From an uncultured Clostridia bacterium (lineage in GTDB: Bacteria > Bacillota > Clostridia > Oscillospirales > Oscillospiraceae), in contig CALIDF010000064.1 in assembly GCA_938049025.1 (NCBI GenBank), forward strand, positions 8,677 through 72,676: a stretch of 64,000 nucleotides of DNA. Reading direction: 5' to 3'. Of the stretch, positions 23,130 through 36,098 are shown in pieces. A program made the position numbers and the translations under genes. The notes below the pieces were generated by a model. That model was given only the letters and a program-made list of their open reading frames with translations. It made no database searches and was not told where the DNA came from. Every line of letters begins with the position of its first letter. Positions within the stretch are counted from its first letter, which is position 1.

Positions 23130-23822
23130 TTAACCATAGGGGAAAGCATCAAAGCGGTGCCCGGACTGGACCATGGAAACATAGTCCCCGTCCGCAACCA
23201 CAATGTGATCGACCAGATGAATGTCCACCGCCTGCAAGGCAAGCGCCACCCGATGGGTGGTCTGAATATCCTCCGCAGAGGGAAGAGCCAGTCCGCTTGG
23301 GTGATTGTGAGCCAGCATGACGGAGGTTGCCCCGGCATTCAGTGCCGTTTCCACAATCTTCCGAACGGAGATCCCTGCAGCATTGATGCTGCCCTCCCCC
23401 ACCTCCCGGCAGCAGAGGACTTTGCACTTGCCGTCCAAACACAGGAGGAAAACCGTCTCCACCTTTCGCCCGAAGAAGAACGGCAGCAGATACCCGGCGC
23501 AGCTTTCCAGCGTGGGGAGAATCTTTTCCCGGCCGGAGCGGCTGATCTGGTAAGATCTGCCCGCCTCGGTAATCAGGTGAAGGAAAACCGCAGTATGCTC
23601 CCCCACTCCGGGAACCTTCTGCAGCGCTGCGACCGGTGCCTCCAGCACCTGGGACAGGGAGCCGAAGGTATCCAGCAGGGCGTGGGCGATGGGATTGGTA
23701 TCCTTCTGCGGAATACAGTAGAACAGAAGCAGCTCCAGGACCTGAACCTCCGTAAAACTGTCCAGTCCATTTTCCAGAAAGCGCTGCTTCATCCGTTCCC
23801 GGTGCCCGCTGTGTACGGCCAT
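23130..23822 (-). CDS. radC: RadC family JAB-domain protein
   Basis: GHRERMK, HhH, AHNHPSG..PSAED, VDHIVV. Confidence 0.93.
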   Translation of the reverse strand: MAVHSGHRERMKQRFLENGLDSFTEVQVLELLLFYCIPQKDTNPIAHALLDTFGSLSQVLEAPVAALQKVPGVGEHTAVFLHLITEAGRSYQISRSGREKILPTLESCAGYLLPFFFGRKVETVFLLCLDGKCKVLCCREVGEGSINAAGISVRKIVETALNAGATSVMLAHNHPSGLALPSAEDIQTTHRVALALQAVDIHLVDHIVVADGDYVSMVQSGHRFDAFPYG

Positions 23823-23939
23823 ATCCTCACATCCTTATAAAACGTGTTTCAAAGGTGGAATTTCTTGCAAAAATACAGGCCATAATTGTGCATTTCTTGC
23901 GCAAACATGCGGCCAGAGACAACTTTGCGAGATTCCCAC

Positions 23940-23968
23940 TTGCTATTTTTCAGGTAATTCGGTAAAAT
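23940..23968 (+). promoter_or_regulatory. Sigma-A promoter of the kinase-like gene
   Basis: TTGCTA-17bp-TAAAAT. Confidence 0.6.
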
Positions 23969-24076
23969 AGTATCGAGGCGAAAGTCGTTGAAAGCTGCCG
24001 GGAAAGTTTTCCCGGTTTCTGCACATGCTATAGACGGAGTATGGATGGAATGCATTCCGTCAGCAGGAGGAAAACC

Positions 24077-25138
24077 ATGGAAAAAGAGAATCTGGATATA
24101 TTGGAGCTGCTTCCCGCGCCGAGCTTCTGCGTTCGGGACGGCATGATCGTAAAAATCAATCAGGCTGCACGGAAGCTTTCCGTTCCGGAGAACGCGCCGG
24201 TTCTGCCTCTCCTGTGCACGGGGCAGGAAGCGTACATGGCTTTTTCAGAAGGGTGCCTGAACCTGACCGTGCGGCTTGGAAACGGGATCTGGGAAGCCTC
24301 TGTGAACCGCGTAGGCGGTGTAGATGTGTTTCAGGTAAGATCCGAACCGGACACCCCGGAACTGCGGGTCCTTGCGCAGGCGGCAAAGCAGATCCGCGGC
24401 TCCGTATCCTCCGTAATGCTGGGTTTTCAGGTGATGACCGGCAATGGCCCGGAAGACCGAAAAAAAGAAGCTTCCGCCACCGTAGCCAGGGGGCTGTGTC
24501 AGCTCACACGCATAATCGGCAATATGTCCGATGCCTCTGCCGGCGTCCCGGTGCTGCGGATGGAGTATCAGGACGTGGCGGCGCTGTATCGGGAGCTGAT
24601 GGAAAAAGTTGCGGGGCTGGTAGAGGAATCGGAAATCCGTCTGCATTATGCGGGGCCGGATCATCCGGTCTATACCGTGGCGGACAGCCAGCTTCTGGAA
24701 CGTTCTCTGTACAACATGCTGTCCAATGCCATGAAGTTTGCATCTGAGGGGAGCGAGATCCGCGTCAGCCTGACCCGGAAGGACCAGGTTCTCTGCCTGC
24801 AGGTCACCGATGACGGTCCGGGAATTCCGGAAGCGGTGATGCCGAAGCTGTTCTGCCGCTATCAGCGTCCATTAACGCTGGAAGACGGCAAAAACGGGCT
24901 GGGGCTGGGCATGGTTCTGATCCGCTCTGCGGCAAATGCCCACGGCGGAACCGTGCTTGTGGATCATCCCGGCGGAACCGGCACCCGGGTTACCATGACC
25001 ATCGCCATCCGGCAAGGCAGCGACGCCATGCTGCGTTCCGATGTTCTCCGGGTCGACTATGCCGGGGAACTGGATCACACCCGGATCGAGCTGTCGGAGG
25101 TTCTCCCCACATCCGTGTACGAGGAACAAGGAGATTAG
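24077..25138 (+). CDS. Cytoplasmic histidine-kinase-like protein (PAS-like plus HATPase_c), H-box His absent
   Basis: NMLSNAMKF (N box), DDGPGI (G1), GLGLG (G2); AGGAGG RBS before ATG 24077. Confidence 0.85.
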   Translation: MEKENLDILELLPAPSFCVRDGMIVKINQAARKLSVPENAPVLPLLCTGQEAYMAFSEGCLNLTVRLGNGIWEASVNRVGGVDVFQVRSEPDTPELRVLAQAAKQIRGSVSSVMLGFQVMTGNGPEDRKKEASATVARGLCQLTRIIGNMSDASAGVPVLRMEYQDVAALYRELMEKVAGLVEESEIRLHYAGPDHPVYTVADSQLLERSLYNMLSNAMKFASEGSEIRVSLTRKDQVLCLQVTDDGPGIPEAVMPKLFCRYQRPLTLEDGKNGLGLGMVLIRSAANAHGGTVLVDHPGGTGTRVTMTIAIRQGSDAMLRSDVLRVDYAGELDHTRIELSEVLPTSVYEEQGD

Positions 25139-25260
25139 TTCCGTGACCTGTCTCAAATGGGCTTCGAGTTTCTTTTCCGTCTGCATACGGAAAACTCTGT
25201 GACGCTTTTGGGGTATGCTGCCCACCGCTCTGCCAGTCCCGGCAGGGCGGTGGTTTTTCA

Positions 25261-28083
25261 TTACAGGTATTTTTTCAGATACTGTCCCGTAAAGCTTCCG
25301 GGGACTGCCGCGACCTGCTCCGGTGTGCCGCAGGCAACCAGATTTCCGCCGCCGTCGCCGCCCTCCGGGCCAAGATCAATCAGGTAATCGGCAGTTTTGA
25401 TCACGTCCAGATTGTGCTCGATGACCAGCACCGTGTTGCCCGCGTTCACCAGCTGCTGCAATACATCGATCAGCTTGTGCACATCCGCACTGTGCAGGCC
25501 GGTGGTGGGCTCGTCCAGAATATAGATGGTTTTGCCGGTGGCAACCCGGGCAAGCTCGGTAGCCAGTTTCACCCGCTGGGCTTCGCCGCCGGAGAGGGTG
25601 GTGCTGGCCTGCCCCAGCTTCACATAGCCCAAGCCGACCTCCACCAGCATCTGTGCCTTCCGACGGATCTTCGGCAGGTTTTCAAAGAAATCCACCGCTT
25701 CCTCCGCAGTCATATCCAGAACCTGGGCGATGTTCTTGCCCTTGTAAAGGACCTCAAGCGTCTCCCGGTTGTACCGGGCGCCGTGGCAGACCTCACAGGG
25801 AACGTAAACGTCTGCAAGGAAGTGCATCTCAATTTTCACAAGTCCGTCGCCGCTGCACGCTTCGCACCGGCCACCCTTTACGTTAAAGCTGAACCGCCCG
25901 GGGCCGTAGCCCCGCATTTTGGCGTCCGCCGTAGAGGCAAACAAATCCCGGATGTCATTGAAAAGCCCCGTGTAGGTGGCAGGATTGGAGCGTGGCGTTC
26001 TGCCGATGGGGCTCTGGTCAATGTCAATGACCTTATCCAGATTTTCCAGTCCCTCTACGCAGCGGCATTTTCCGGGCCGTGTCCGGGCATGATTCAATTT
26101 GGCGAGAAGCGTCTTGTTCAGAACCTCGTTGACAAGACTGGACTTGCCGGAGCCGGAAACACCCGTCACACAGGTGAAGGTGCCCAGCGGAATGGAGACG
26201 TCAATATTTTGCAGATTGTTTTCCTGTGCGCCCCGGACGGTCAGGAACTTACCGTTCCCCGCCCGCCGGGCTGCGGGGACGGGAATTTTCAGCTTACCGG
26301 AAAGATACTGCCCCGTAATGGAGTCCGGGCAGTCCAGAATGTCCTGTAGAGTACCGGCGGCAACGATCTGCCCGCCGTGACTGCCTGCACCTGGGCCAAC
26401 GTCCACAATATAATCCGCCGCCCGCATGGTATCCTCATCATGCTCCACTACGATCAGGGTGTTGCCCAAATCCCGCAAATGCTGCAGTGTGGCAAGGAGT
26501 TTATCATTGTCCCGCTGGTGCAGACCGATTGAAGGCTCGTCCAGAATATACAGGACCCCCATGAGCGAAGAGCCGATCTGAGTCGCCAGACGAATCCGCT
26601 GGCTTTCTCCGCCGGACAGGGTGCCCGCCCCCCGGGCGAGTGTCAGGTAGCTGAGTCCCACATCGGACAGGAACTGAAGCCGGGAGCGGATCTCTTTCAG
26701 AATCTGCTCGGCAATCAGCGCCATATTGCCCTCCAGATGCAGATTTTCCGTAAAGATAAGGGCATCCTTCACGCTCATTCGGCAGAAATCCATAATGCTG
26801 ATGCCGCCCACGGTAACTGCCAGCGCAATGTCCGACAGCCGGTTTCCATGGCACCGGGGACAGGGCGCAGTGGTCATGCACTCCTCCAGTTCCTTCCGGG
26901 CAGCGTCGGACTGCGTCTCCCGGAAGCGACGGCCGATGTTATTGAGGATTCCCTCAAAGGGCTGCTCCAGAACCCCCATTCCGTTGCCCCGATTGTAGGT
27001 CATCCGAAGCTTTTCTTCGCCGGTGCCATAGAGGATGATGTTCATCACATCCCGAGGCAGCTCTTGCACGGGGACGGTCAGAGAGAAATGATATTTCTGA
27101 GCCAGCGCCTCAAAATACATCCGGAAAATGGAGTCCGTCCGGGCAGACTGCCAGCCGGAGGCCTGAATCGCCCCGTCGAAAATAGACTTTGTTTTGTCCG
27201 GGATCACCAGGTCCTCATCAGGAATCAGCTGGAAGCCCAGTCCCGTACAGCTGGGGCAAGCACCAGCGGGATTGTTGAAGGAGAACATCCGGGGCTCCAA
27301 CTCCGGCAGACTGACGCCGCAGTCCTCACAGGCGTAGTTCTGGGAGAAGGTCAGCTCCTCACCGGAATCGGCCAGTTGAATGGTCACAAGGCCCCCGGAG
27401 TGAGCACAGGCGGTTTCAATGGAATCGGTCAGACGGCGGCGGAGGCCGTCCTTCAGCACCAGCCGGTCCACCACCAACTCCACAGTGTGTTTCTTATTCT
27501 TTTCGGGCAAAATCTGCTCCGACAGATCATACAGAATTCCGTCCACCCGAACCCGGGCAAAGCCCTGTTTCCGAGCGTCCTCAAATATCTTCTGGTGCTC
27601 ACCCTTTTTTCCGCGAATTACCGGGGACAGGACCAGAAACCGGGTTCCGGCTCCCAGCGCCTCCACCCGATCCACGATCTGGTCCACGGTCTGCCGCCGG
27701 ATCTCCCGGCCGCACTTTGGACAGTGAGGAATGCCTGCCCTTGCCCAGAGCAGACGGAGGTAGTCATAAATTTCCGTCACCGTACCCACGGTGGAACGGG
27801 GACTTTTGGACGTGGTTTTCTGGTCAATGGAAATGGCCGGGGACAGTCCGTCAATGGAGTCCACGTCCGGCTTATCCATCTGCCCCAGAAACTGCCGGGC
27901 ATAGGAGCTGAGGCTCTCCACGTACCGCCGCTGTCCCTCGGCGTAAATGGTATCAAAGGCAAGGCTGGACTTTCCGGAACCGCTGAGTCCCGTAAAAACC
28001 ACCAGCTTGTCCCTTGGAATGGTCAGATTTACATTTTTCAGGTTATTTTCCCGCGCGCCCTGAATGCGGATGGTATCATTCAT
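25261..28083 (-). CDS. uvrA: Excinuclease ABC subunit A
   Basis: Two Walker A motifs ([18 protein letters not shown]), two LSGGE signatures, zinc fingers. Confidence 0.98.
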   Translation of the reverse strand: MNDTIRIQGARENNLKNVNLTIPRDKLVVFTGLSGSGKSSLAFDTIYAEGQRRYVESLSSYARQFLGQMDKPDVDSIDGLSPAISIDQKTTSKSPRSTVGTVTEIYDYLRLLWARAGIPHCPKCGREIRRQTVDQIVDRVEALGAGTRFLVLSPVIRGKKGEHQKIFEDARKQGFARVRVDGILYDLSEQILPEKNKKHTVELVVDRLVLKDGLRRRLTDSIETACAHSGGLVTIQLADSGEELTFSQNYACEDCGVSLPELEPRMFSFNNPAGACPSCTGLGFQLIPDEDLVIPDKTKSIFDGAIQASGWQSARTDSIFRMYFEALAQKYHFSLTVPVQELPRDVMNIILYGTGEEKLRMTYNRGNGMGVLEQPFEGILNNIGRRFRETQSDAARKELEECMTTAPCPRCHGNRLSDIALAVTVGGISIMDFCRMSVKDALIFTENLHLEGNMALIAEQILKEIRSRLQFLSDVGLSYLTLARGAGTLSGGESQRIRLATQIGSSLMGVLYILDEPSIGLHQRDNDKLLATLQHLRDLGNTLIVVEHDEDTMRAADYIVDVGPGAGSHGGQIVAAGTLQDILDCPDSITGQYLSGKLKIPVPAARRAGNGKFLTVRGAQENNLQNIDVSIPLGTFTCVTGVSGSGKSSLVNEVLNKTLLAKLNHARTRPGKCRCVEGLENLDKVIDIDQSPIGRTPRSNPATYTGLFNDIRDLFASTADAKMRGYGPGRFSFNVKGGRCEACSGDGLVKIEMHFLADVYVPCEVCHGARYNRETLEVLYKGKNIAQVLDMTAEEAVDFFENLPKIRRKAQMLVEVGLGYVKLGQASTTLSGGEAQRVKLATELARVATGKTIYILDEPTTGLHSADVHKLIDVLQQLVNAGNTVLVIEHNLDVIKTADYLIDLGPEGGDGGGNLVACGTPEQVAAVPGSFTGQYLKKYL

Positions 28084-28136
28084 ACTGAAGCTCCTGACTG
28101 GATTCGTGGTAAATGTCCGTAAACCGAAACAGTATT

Positions 28137-28165
28137 ATTCTACCACATTCCGCCCAAAGCTACAA
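28137..28165 (-). promoter_or_regulatory. Probable uvrA promoter
   Basis: TTGTAG-17bp-TAGAAT with extended TG. Confidence 0.55.
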
Positions 28166-28191
28166 GGGCTTTTTCAAACAAAATTTCGGAA

Positions 28192-28674
28192 TCATTTGTG
28201 GTACCGGCTGCCCGCCTGGATGGCTTCCGCGCGGTACAGCTGTTCCAGCACCATAATCCGTGCCAGATGGTGTGGGAAAGTCATTTTCCCCATGGAGAGC
28301 TGAAAGTCTGCTTTTTTCTTGACCTCCGGGGCAATACCGAAGGAGGAGCCAATGAGAAAGCAGGCAGAGGATTTTCCGCCGGTTTTCACCTGGGCCAGTT
28401 TCGCAGCAAATTCCTCACTGCTCAGAATCTTCCCCTCCGGCGTGAAGACGCACAGCCATGCCCCCCTCGGCACGGCAGCAAGAATGGTCTCTCCCTCTCT
28501 GGAAAGGCCCGCGGCGATTTCCGACGGGGACGGATTTTCCGGCAGCCGGTACTCCGGCAGCTCCAGAAGGTGGAACCGACAGTATCCCCCCAGCCGCTTT
28601 TCATATTCGGCAGCTGCGGATAAATAGAATTTTTCTTTCAGCTTGCCCATGGCAATCAGGGTGATCTCAAACAT
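28192..28674 (-). CDS. rlmH: 23S rRNA (pseudouridine1915-N3)-methyltransferase
   Basis: MGKLKE, FLIGSSFG, MTFPHHLARIMVLEQLYRA, RYHK. Confidence 0.95.
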   Translation of the reverse strand: MFEITLIAMGKLKEKFYLSAAAEYEKRLGGYCRFHLLELPEYRLPENPSPSEIAAGLSREGETILAAVPRGAWLCVFTPEGKILSSEEFAAKLAQVKTGGKSSACFLIGSSFGIAPEVKKKADFQLSMGKMTFPHHLARIMVLEQLYRAEAIQAGSRYHK

Positions 28675-28778
28675 ACTGTGTTCCTCCGGTACAGGGCACG
28701 GAAATAACAAGCCCCCTGTGATTTCCGTTTCTTTCCATCCGAAAAGAAACGGACGGGCGCCCAATGGACGTCCCCTGC

Positions 28779-31074
<2,296 letters not shown>

Positions 31075-31126
31075 GACAGCCTCCGGAAATCCTCGGCGTC
31101 ACCCCAGAGGCAGCGCCGACGACCAT

Positions 31127-31187
31127 AAAAAAAGAGGATGCGCAGCCCCGGGCTCCTCGCCCGCCGGCAGCAAACATCCTCGTTTAC
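31127..31187 (-). terminator. Leader attenuator of the ANTAR2-pyrG operon
   Basis: GAGGATG...CATCCTC-TTTTTTT terminator; its 5' arm alternatively forms the hairpin GTAAAC-GAGGAT-GTTTGC. Confidence 0.7.
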
Positions 31188-31194
31188 AAAAGAA

Positions 31195-31223
31195 ATTATA
31201 CCCACTTTTGTTTTCTCTGTCAA
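31195..31223 (-). promoter_or_regulatory. Sigma-A promoter of ANTAR2-pyrG
   Basis: Perfect TTGACA-17bp-TATAAT on the minus strand. Confidence 0.85.
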
Positions 31224-31319
31224 TCTTTTTTCTTCTGGAAGAAAAGTACAAATCTGAAAAGTTCCCCGCCGGTTAGTTTCTTCGCATTTGACAATTTTTC
31301 CGGTTTCCCGCTTTTTCCC

Positions 31320-31348
31320 TTGACATCCGGTGCCGGGCGCGTTACAAT
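31320..31348 (+). promoter_or_regulatory. Sigma-A promoter of the GSIII gene
   Basis: TTGACA-17bp-TACAAT. Confidence 0.8.
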
Positions 31349-31370
31349 GCTGACATTGAAATAAGTGTGA

Positions 31371-31424
31371 GCGACAAGGGCGTTGCTTACAGGTTCTCCT
31401 GTAAGCGTTCCTGTCGCCTTTTTT
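31371..31424 (+). terminator. Leader attenuator of the GSIII gene with ANTAR-type hairpin GCGAC-AAGGGC-GTTGC
   Basis: Hexaloop with A1/G4 overlaps the 5' arm of terminator GCGACAAGGGCG..CTTACAGG/CCTGTAAG..CGTTCCTGTCGC-CTTTTTT. Confidence 0.8.
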
Positions 31425-31532
31425 ATACGCTTGTTTCTTCGTGTCAGTTTTGTGAAGTCTCTGAATAGCCCGCTGATTTGCCTCTGCCGGTTTCTTCGGA
31501 GCTTCCTATTTTTGGATTTGGAGGAGTAGAAT

Positions 31533-33620
31533 ATGGTAACAGAGATTTTTTCATCCATGGTATTTGACGATGCCACGATGGAGGCCCGGCTGCCCCGGCA
31601 GACTTACAAGGCTCTGCAAAAAACCATTAAGGATGGTCGCCATCTGGATCTGGACGTGGCCAACGTTGTGGCCAACGCCATGAAGGACTGGGCAATTGAA
31701 AAGGGCGCCACCCACTATACCCACTGGTTCCAGCCCATGACCGGCGTAACCGCGGAGAAGCACGACAGCTTCATTTCTCCCAAGGACGGCGGCAAAGTGA
31801 TCATGGAATTCTCCGGCAAGGAGCTGATTCAGGGTGAGCCCGACGCCTCTTCCTTCCCCTCCGGCGGTCTGCGGGCTACCTTTGAAGCCAGAGGCTACAC
31901 CGCCTGGGACGCCACCTCCTATGCCTTTATCAAGGACGGCGTTCTGTGCATTCCCACCGTGTTCTGCTCCTACGGCGGCGAGGCGCTGGATCAGAAAACC
32001 GCCCTGTTGCGCTCCATGGAAGCCATCAACACGCAGGCTCTGCGGGTACTGCATCTGTTTGGCAATGAGGAAGTGACCTCCGTCAAAACCACCGTGGGTC
32101 CCGAGCAGGAGTATTTTCTCATCGACAAGAGTGTATACGACCGCCGGAAGGATCTGATCTACACCGGACGCACCCTGTTCGGTGCCCGCTCCCCCAAGGG
32201 TCAGGAGCTGGACGATCATTACTTCGGCACCATCAAGCCCCGGGTCGCCGCCTTTATGAAGGAACTGAATGACGAGCTGTGGAAGCTGGGTGTTCTTGCC
32301 AAGACCGAGCACAACGAAGTTGCCCCCGCTCAGCACGAAATGGCGCCCATTTTCACCACCACCAACATCTCCGCCGACCACAACCAGCTGACCATGGAGC
32401 TGATGCAGAAGGTCGCCAAGCGGCACGACATGGTGTGCCTGCTCCACGAGAAACCCTTTGCCGGAGTGAACGGCAGCGGCAAGCACAACAACTGGTCCAT
32501 CTCCACCAATACCGGCGTGAATCTGCTGGAACCCGGTGCAACCCCCTATGAGAACGCCCAGTTCCTGCTGTTCCTGTGTGCCGTTATCAAGGCTGTGGAC
32601 GAATATCAGGACCTGCTGCGGATCTCCGTTGCCTCTGCGGGCAACGACCACCGTCTGGGTGCCAACGAAGCGCCTCCCGCCATTGTTTCCATGTTCCTGG
32701 GAACGGAGCTCAGCGAGGTGCTGGAAGCCATTGAGCACGACACCCCCTACGACGGCCGGGAGAAGGAACTGCTGCGGATCGGCGTGCACACCCTGCCCAA
32801 GCTGCCCAAGGACTCCACCGACCGGAACCGCACCAGTCCCTTCGCCTTCACCGGCAACAAGTTTGAGTTCCGGATGCTGGGCTCCTCCGAGTCCATTTCC
32901 TGCTGCAACGTGATGCTGAACACCGCCGTTGCCGAGGAGCTGAAGCAGTTTGCCGACGCGCTGGAGGGTGCGGAAAACTTTGAGGGTGCGCTCCACGACC
33001 TGATTCAGAAGGTCATCCGGGAACACAAGCGAATCATCTTCAACGGAGACGGCTACGATGAAAGCTGGGTGCACGAGGCGGAGAAACGAGGCCTTCTGAA
33101 CCTGAAAACTACGCCGGACGCCCTTGCCCACATGCTTGACCCCAAGAATGTGGCTCTGCTCTCTTCCCATCACGTATACAGTGAAACCGAACTCCGGGCA
33201 CGACATGAGGTCAAGCTGGAAAATTACAGCAAGATCATCCACATTGAGGCCCTGACCATGCTGGACATGGCACGGAAGGACATTCTCCCCGCCATGAGCG
33301 CCTACTCCGCCGATCTTGCTGCGGCTGTGAAGGAAAAGTCTGCCATTTCCGCCGATTTGGACTGCTCCTATGAGACCGACACTCTGCGCAGCATCTGCGC
33401 GCTGCTGGGTGAGGCCCACCGGGCGGTCAAGAAGCTGGAGGAGGACCTGACGGACGCCAGAAGCATTTCCGGCAACGAGGCTCTGGCCGAGTTCTACAAG
33501 TCCACGATTCTCGCCGACATGCGCTCCCTCCGGATCGCCGCCGACGAAATGGAATCCATCGCCTCCGCCAAACGCTGGCCCTATCCCTCCTACGGTGAGA
33601 TTCTGTTCAGCGTAAAATAA
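31533..33620 (+). CDS. glnN: Glutamine synthetase type III
   Basis: 695 aa; [69 protein letters not shown]. Confidence 0.95.
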   Translation: MVTEIFSSMVFDDATMEARLPRQTYKALQKTIKDGRHLDLDVANVVANAMKDWAIEKGATHYTHWFQPMTGVTAEKHDSFISPKDGGKVIMEFSGKELIQGEPDASSFPSGGLRATFEARGYTAWDATSYAFIKDGVLCIPTVFCSYGGEALDQKTALLRSMEAINTQALRVLHLFGNEEVTSVKTTVGPEQEYFLIDKSVYDRRKDLIYTGRTLFGARSPKGQELDDHYFGTIKPRVAAFMKELNDELWKLGVLAKTEHNEVAPAQHEMAPIFTTTNISADHNQLTMELMQKVAKRHDMVCLLHEKPFAGVNGSGKHNNWSISTNTGVNLLEPGATPYENAQFLLFLCAVIKAVDEYQDLLRISVASAGNDHRLGANEAPPAIVSMFLGTELSEVLEAIEHDTPYDGREKELLRIGVHTLPKLPKDSTDRNRTSPFAFTGNKFEFRMLGSSESISCCNVMLNTAVAEELKQFADALEGAENFEGALHDLIQKVIREHKRIIFNGDGYDESWVHEAEKRGLLNLKTTPDALAHMLDPKNVALLSSHHVYSETELRARHEVKLENYSKIIHIEALTMLDMARKDILPAMSAYSADLAAAVKEKSAISADLDCSYETDTLRSICALLGEAHRAVKKLEEDLTDARSISGNEALAEFYKSTILADMRSLRIAADEMESIASAKRWPYPSYGEILFSVK

Positions 33621-33632
33621 GGAAAAACCGTC

Positions 33633-33673
33633 AGCGCCCGCACCCGGAAAATTCCGGATGCGGGCGCTTTTTT
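33633..33673 (+). terminator. GSIII terminator
   Basis: AGCGCCCGCACCCGGAA/TTCCGGATGCGGGCGCT stem plus T-run. Confidence 0.85.
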
Positions 33674-33867
33674 ACTCAACACCGCAGACAAAATTCCAAT
33701 TTCCCGAAAACATTTCGGCGAGTCCCCCGTAATCTGCTCATACAAAAGTTTGATCTTGCAGGCAGATGAAACGTGCACTGCCCCGAAGTTCCCCTGTGTA
33801 AGGGGTATATTGCGTGGAAATCGGCAGGGTTTTGGGTGTGAGTTGATACGTGGTACTCTTCATCCGG

Positions 33868-33911
33868 GAGATTCTCACGCCAGTGACATCGGTCTCTGGC
33901 TCAGAATGGCA
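33868..33911. repeat. REP-like palindromic element related to 3852-3890
   Basis: GATTCTCACGCCAGTGAC..GTCTCTGGCTCAGAATGGCA imperfect hairpin; CTGGCTCAGAATGGCA versus CTGGCTCGGAATGGCA. Confidence 0.55.
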
Positions 33912-34073
33912 CTTTGTCGAGAGAAATCCTTCCAGAGGCATTTCCTTCTGTCCCGCACCGTATCGGGATGGCTCTTTCCGCTGCGGTGGTTCCGCCGTGA
34001 CCGCTTTCCAAAAGGGATAAGTGGGAAACGCTGCGTGTCGATGTATGAAATTTCCATCGATCTCTGAGCATAC

Positions 34074-34106
34074 AACCGCCCCCTGCCGGTTTGGCAGGGG
34101 GCGGTT
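34074..34106 (-). terminator. Hairpin downstream of yebC
   Basis: AACCGCCCCCTGCC/GGCAGGGGGCGGTT perfect 14-bp stem. Confidence 0.7.
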
Positions 34107-34113
34107 GGCATCT

Positions 34114-34845
34114 TTAGTCCTCGTCCCAGTTGTGCCAGGTGTTCTGGACGTCATCATCGTCGTCGAAGAGCTCCAGCATCTTTTCCATCTTGTCCGCGTC
34201 CTCGGGGGACAGCTTGACATAGTTCTGAGGAACCATTTCGATCTGGGCGGAAACGAAGGAATAGTTCTTTGCCGTCATGGCATCCGCCACGGCGTTGAAA
34301 TCATCGGGGGTGGTGTACACGGTGAAGGCATCGCCATCCGCCTCAAAATCATCGGCGCCGCAGTCCATGGCATCCATCATGACCGCGTCCTCTTCGTAAT
34401 CGCCGTCCTCGTTGTCAATGACCAGAACGCCCTTCTTATCAAAGCTCCAGCTCACACAGCCGTTGGCGCCCAGATTGCCGCCGAACTTGTCAAAGTGGTG
34501 ACGGACGGAAGCGGCAGTCCGGTTCCGATTGTCGGTCATGGTCTCCACGATCACGGCCACACCGCCGGGGCCATAGCCTTCATAGGTGATGGACTCGTAG
34601 TTGTCACCGCTGCCGGAGCTGCCTGCCTTTTCCAATACCCGCTTGATGTTATCATTGGGCATGTTGGCAGCTTTTGCCTTGGTAATGACGGTAGCCAGTC
34701 TGGAGTTGTAGGCAGGATCGGCAGAGCCGCCCTCCTTCACCGCAACGATCATTTCCTTTGCGATCTTGGTGAAGGATGCCGCGCGCTTGGCATCCTGCGC
34801 ACCCTTGGTCTTCTGAATGTTATGCCATTTGGAATGTCCGGACAT
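34114..34845 (-). CDS. yebC: YebC/PmpR family protein
   Basis: MSGHSKWHNI, YEGYGPGGVA, TDNRNRT, DDDDVQN. Confidence 0.95.
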   Translation of the reverse strand: MSGHSKWHNIQKTKGAQDAKRAASFTKIAKEMIVAVKEGGSADPAYNSRLATVITKAKAANMPNDNIKRVLEKAGSSGSGDNYESITYEGYGPGGVAVIVETMTDNRNRTAASVRHHFDKFGGNLGANGCVSWSFDKKGVLVIDNEDGDYEEDAVMMDAMDCGADDFEADGDAFTVYTTPDDFNAVADAMTAKNYSFVSAQIEMVPQNYVKLSPEDADKMEKMLELFDDDDDVQNTWHNWDED

Positions 34846-34891
34846 AAAGAAAATCTTCCCTTCTGGAATGTATTATCAAAAAATTCAATTT

Positions 34892-34920
34892 ATTTTAACA
34901 CTTTCCCCTGAAAAAATCAA
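34892..34920 (-). promoter_or_regulatory. Probable yebC promoter
   Basis: TTGATT-17bp-TAAAAT with extended TG. Confidence 0.6.
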
Positions 34921-34953
34921 CCTTGAATTTGAAGAAAGCCTGTTTTTCACAGC

Positions 34954-36087
34954 CTACAGGGCGCCGTCCGCACCCTCCAGTGTCTGATTGTAAATTTCCC
35001 GCACCTGCTTCTGCACCGAGGAAGCTTCAAACTGTTTGACCTTTTCCTTTGCGGCCTCCGCGAGGCGGGTGCGGAGGGCAGGGTTTTCATACAGCCGGCG
35101 GATGGCAGCGGCGGCGCTGTCCGGAGTCAGGTCCATGTAAAGCCCTTCCTTTTCCCCCTCGATCAGGTCGGTATTGCCCCGGATCTTTCCCACAATGGCT
35201 GGAATTCCGGCGCACATGGACTCCATCAGCGCCACGGGCAGCCCCTCCTGAATGGACGGGAAGAAGAAAACATCCGCTGCCGGGAAAATCTTCGCCACAT
35301 CGTTGCGGTAACCGGTAAACATTACCCGGTCCGCAATTTGCAGCTCCTCCGCCAGAGCTTTCAACTGCTCCAGCTTCTCTCCCCTGCCCACAAGAACATA
35401 GCGGAAGGGGATATCCCGCAGCTTTGCCAGTGCTTCCAGCGCCAGCCTGTGATTTTTTCGGATAGACAGCTCTCCCACACTGAGCAGAACGAATTCGTCC
35501 TCCGGGATTCCCAGCAGCTTTCTGCCCTCCTCCCGGCTTCCGGCAAAGCGCTTCAGATCCACGCCCACTCCGGGAACATAGTAAAGCTTTCCGGGGTGCA
35601 TGTGCTTCCTGGCCAGCGCATAGTCCTCCTGATTGATGGTGATGAGCACATCCGTCAGGAAACTGCACATCCACTCAGCTGGGAAGTACACCAGCCAGTT
35701 CAGCAGCGGCGCGCCCTTGTAGAAGTGGAAGCCATGGGCGGTATAAATGACCTTCGTTCCCTGCTTCCGGGACTTCCGTGCCGCCAGACGGGTCAGCAGC
35801 GCTCCCACCGGTGTATGACAGTGGATCACGTCAAAATGTTCCCGGGTAATGACCGCCTTCAGCTCCCGGTAGGCGCGGAGGTTGCCCCGTTTCAGAGGGG
35901 AGCGCTCAAAAGGAATATCATAATACCGGTCACAGTAAGGAATGACGCACTCCGCGGGGTTCTCGTAATCATTCCGGGCGGCAACCGAGGTTTCCCAGCC
36001 CGCGTCATGGAACATTTTCAGGTAAGGAACGTGAAACTCCATAATGTGGGACTTGACCACCGTGGCGGCAAACAGTACCTTTTTCAT
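34954..36087 (-). CDS. Glycosyltransferase family 4 (EpsD-like)
   Basis: IHCHTPVG, YTAHGFHFYKGA, PSIQEGLPVALME. Confidence 0.9.
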   Translation of the reverse strand: MKKVLFAATVVKSHIMEFHVPYLKMFHDAGWETSVAARNDYENPAECVIPYCDRYYDIPFERSPLKRGNLRAYRELKAVITREHFDVIHCHTPVGALLTRLAARKSRKQGTKVIYTAHGFHFYKGAPLLNWLVYFPAEWMCSFLTDVLITINQEDYALARKHMHPGKLYYVPGVGVDLKRFAGSREEGRKLLGIPEDEFVLLSVGELSIRKNHRLALEALAKLRDIPFRYVLVGRGEKLEQLKALAEELQIADRVMFTGYRNDVAKIFPAADVFFFPSIQEGLPVALMESMCAGIPAIVGKIRGNTDLIEGEKEGLYMDLTPDSAAAAIRRLYENPALRTRLAEAAKEKVKQFEASSVQKQVREIYNQTLEGADGAL

Positions 36088-36098
36088 AGCCATTCTCC

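Noticed and set aside
23130..23822. radC as a marker of a mobile element
   Set aside because: Full-length chromosomal form with HhH region, coupled to uvrB; no mobile genes nearby
28175..28188. LexA/SOS boxes upstream of uvrA (and at about 23838-23850 before radC)
   Set aside because: Two or more mismatches to GAAC-N4-GTTC in AT-rich DNA; not distinguishable from chance
33738..34220. Short ORFs in the GSIII-yebC spacer
   Set aside because: They overlap terminators, a palindromic repeat or yebC; no RBS or recognisable domain
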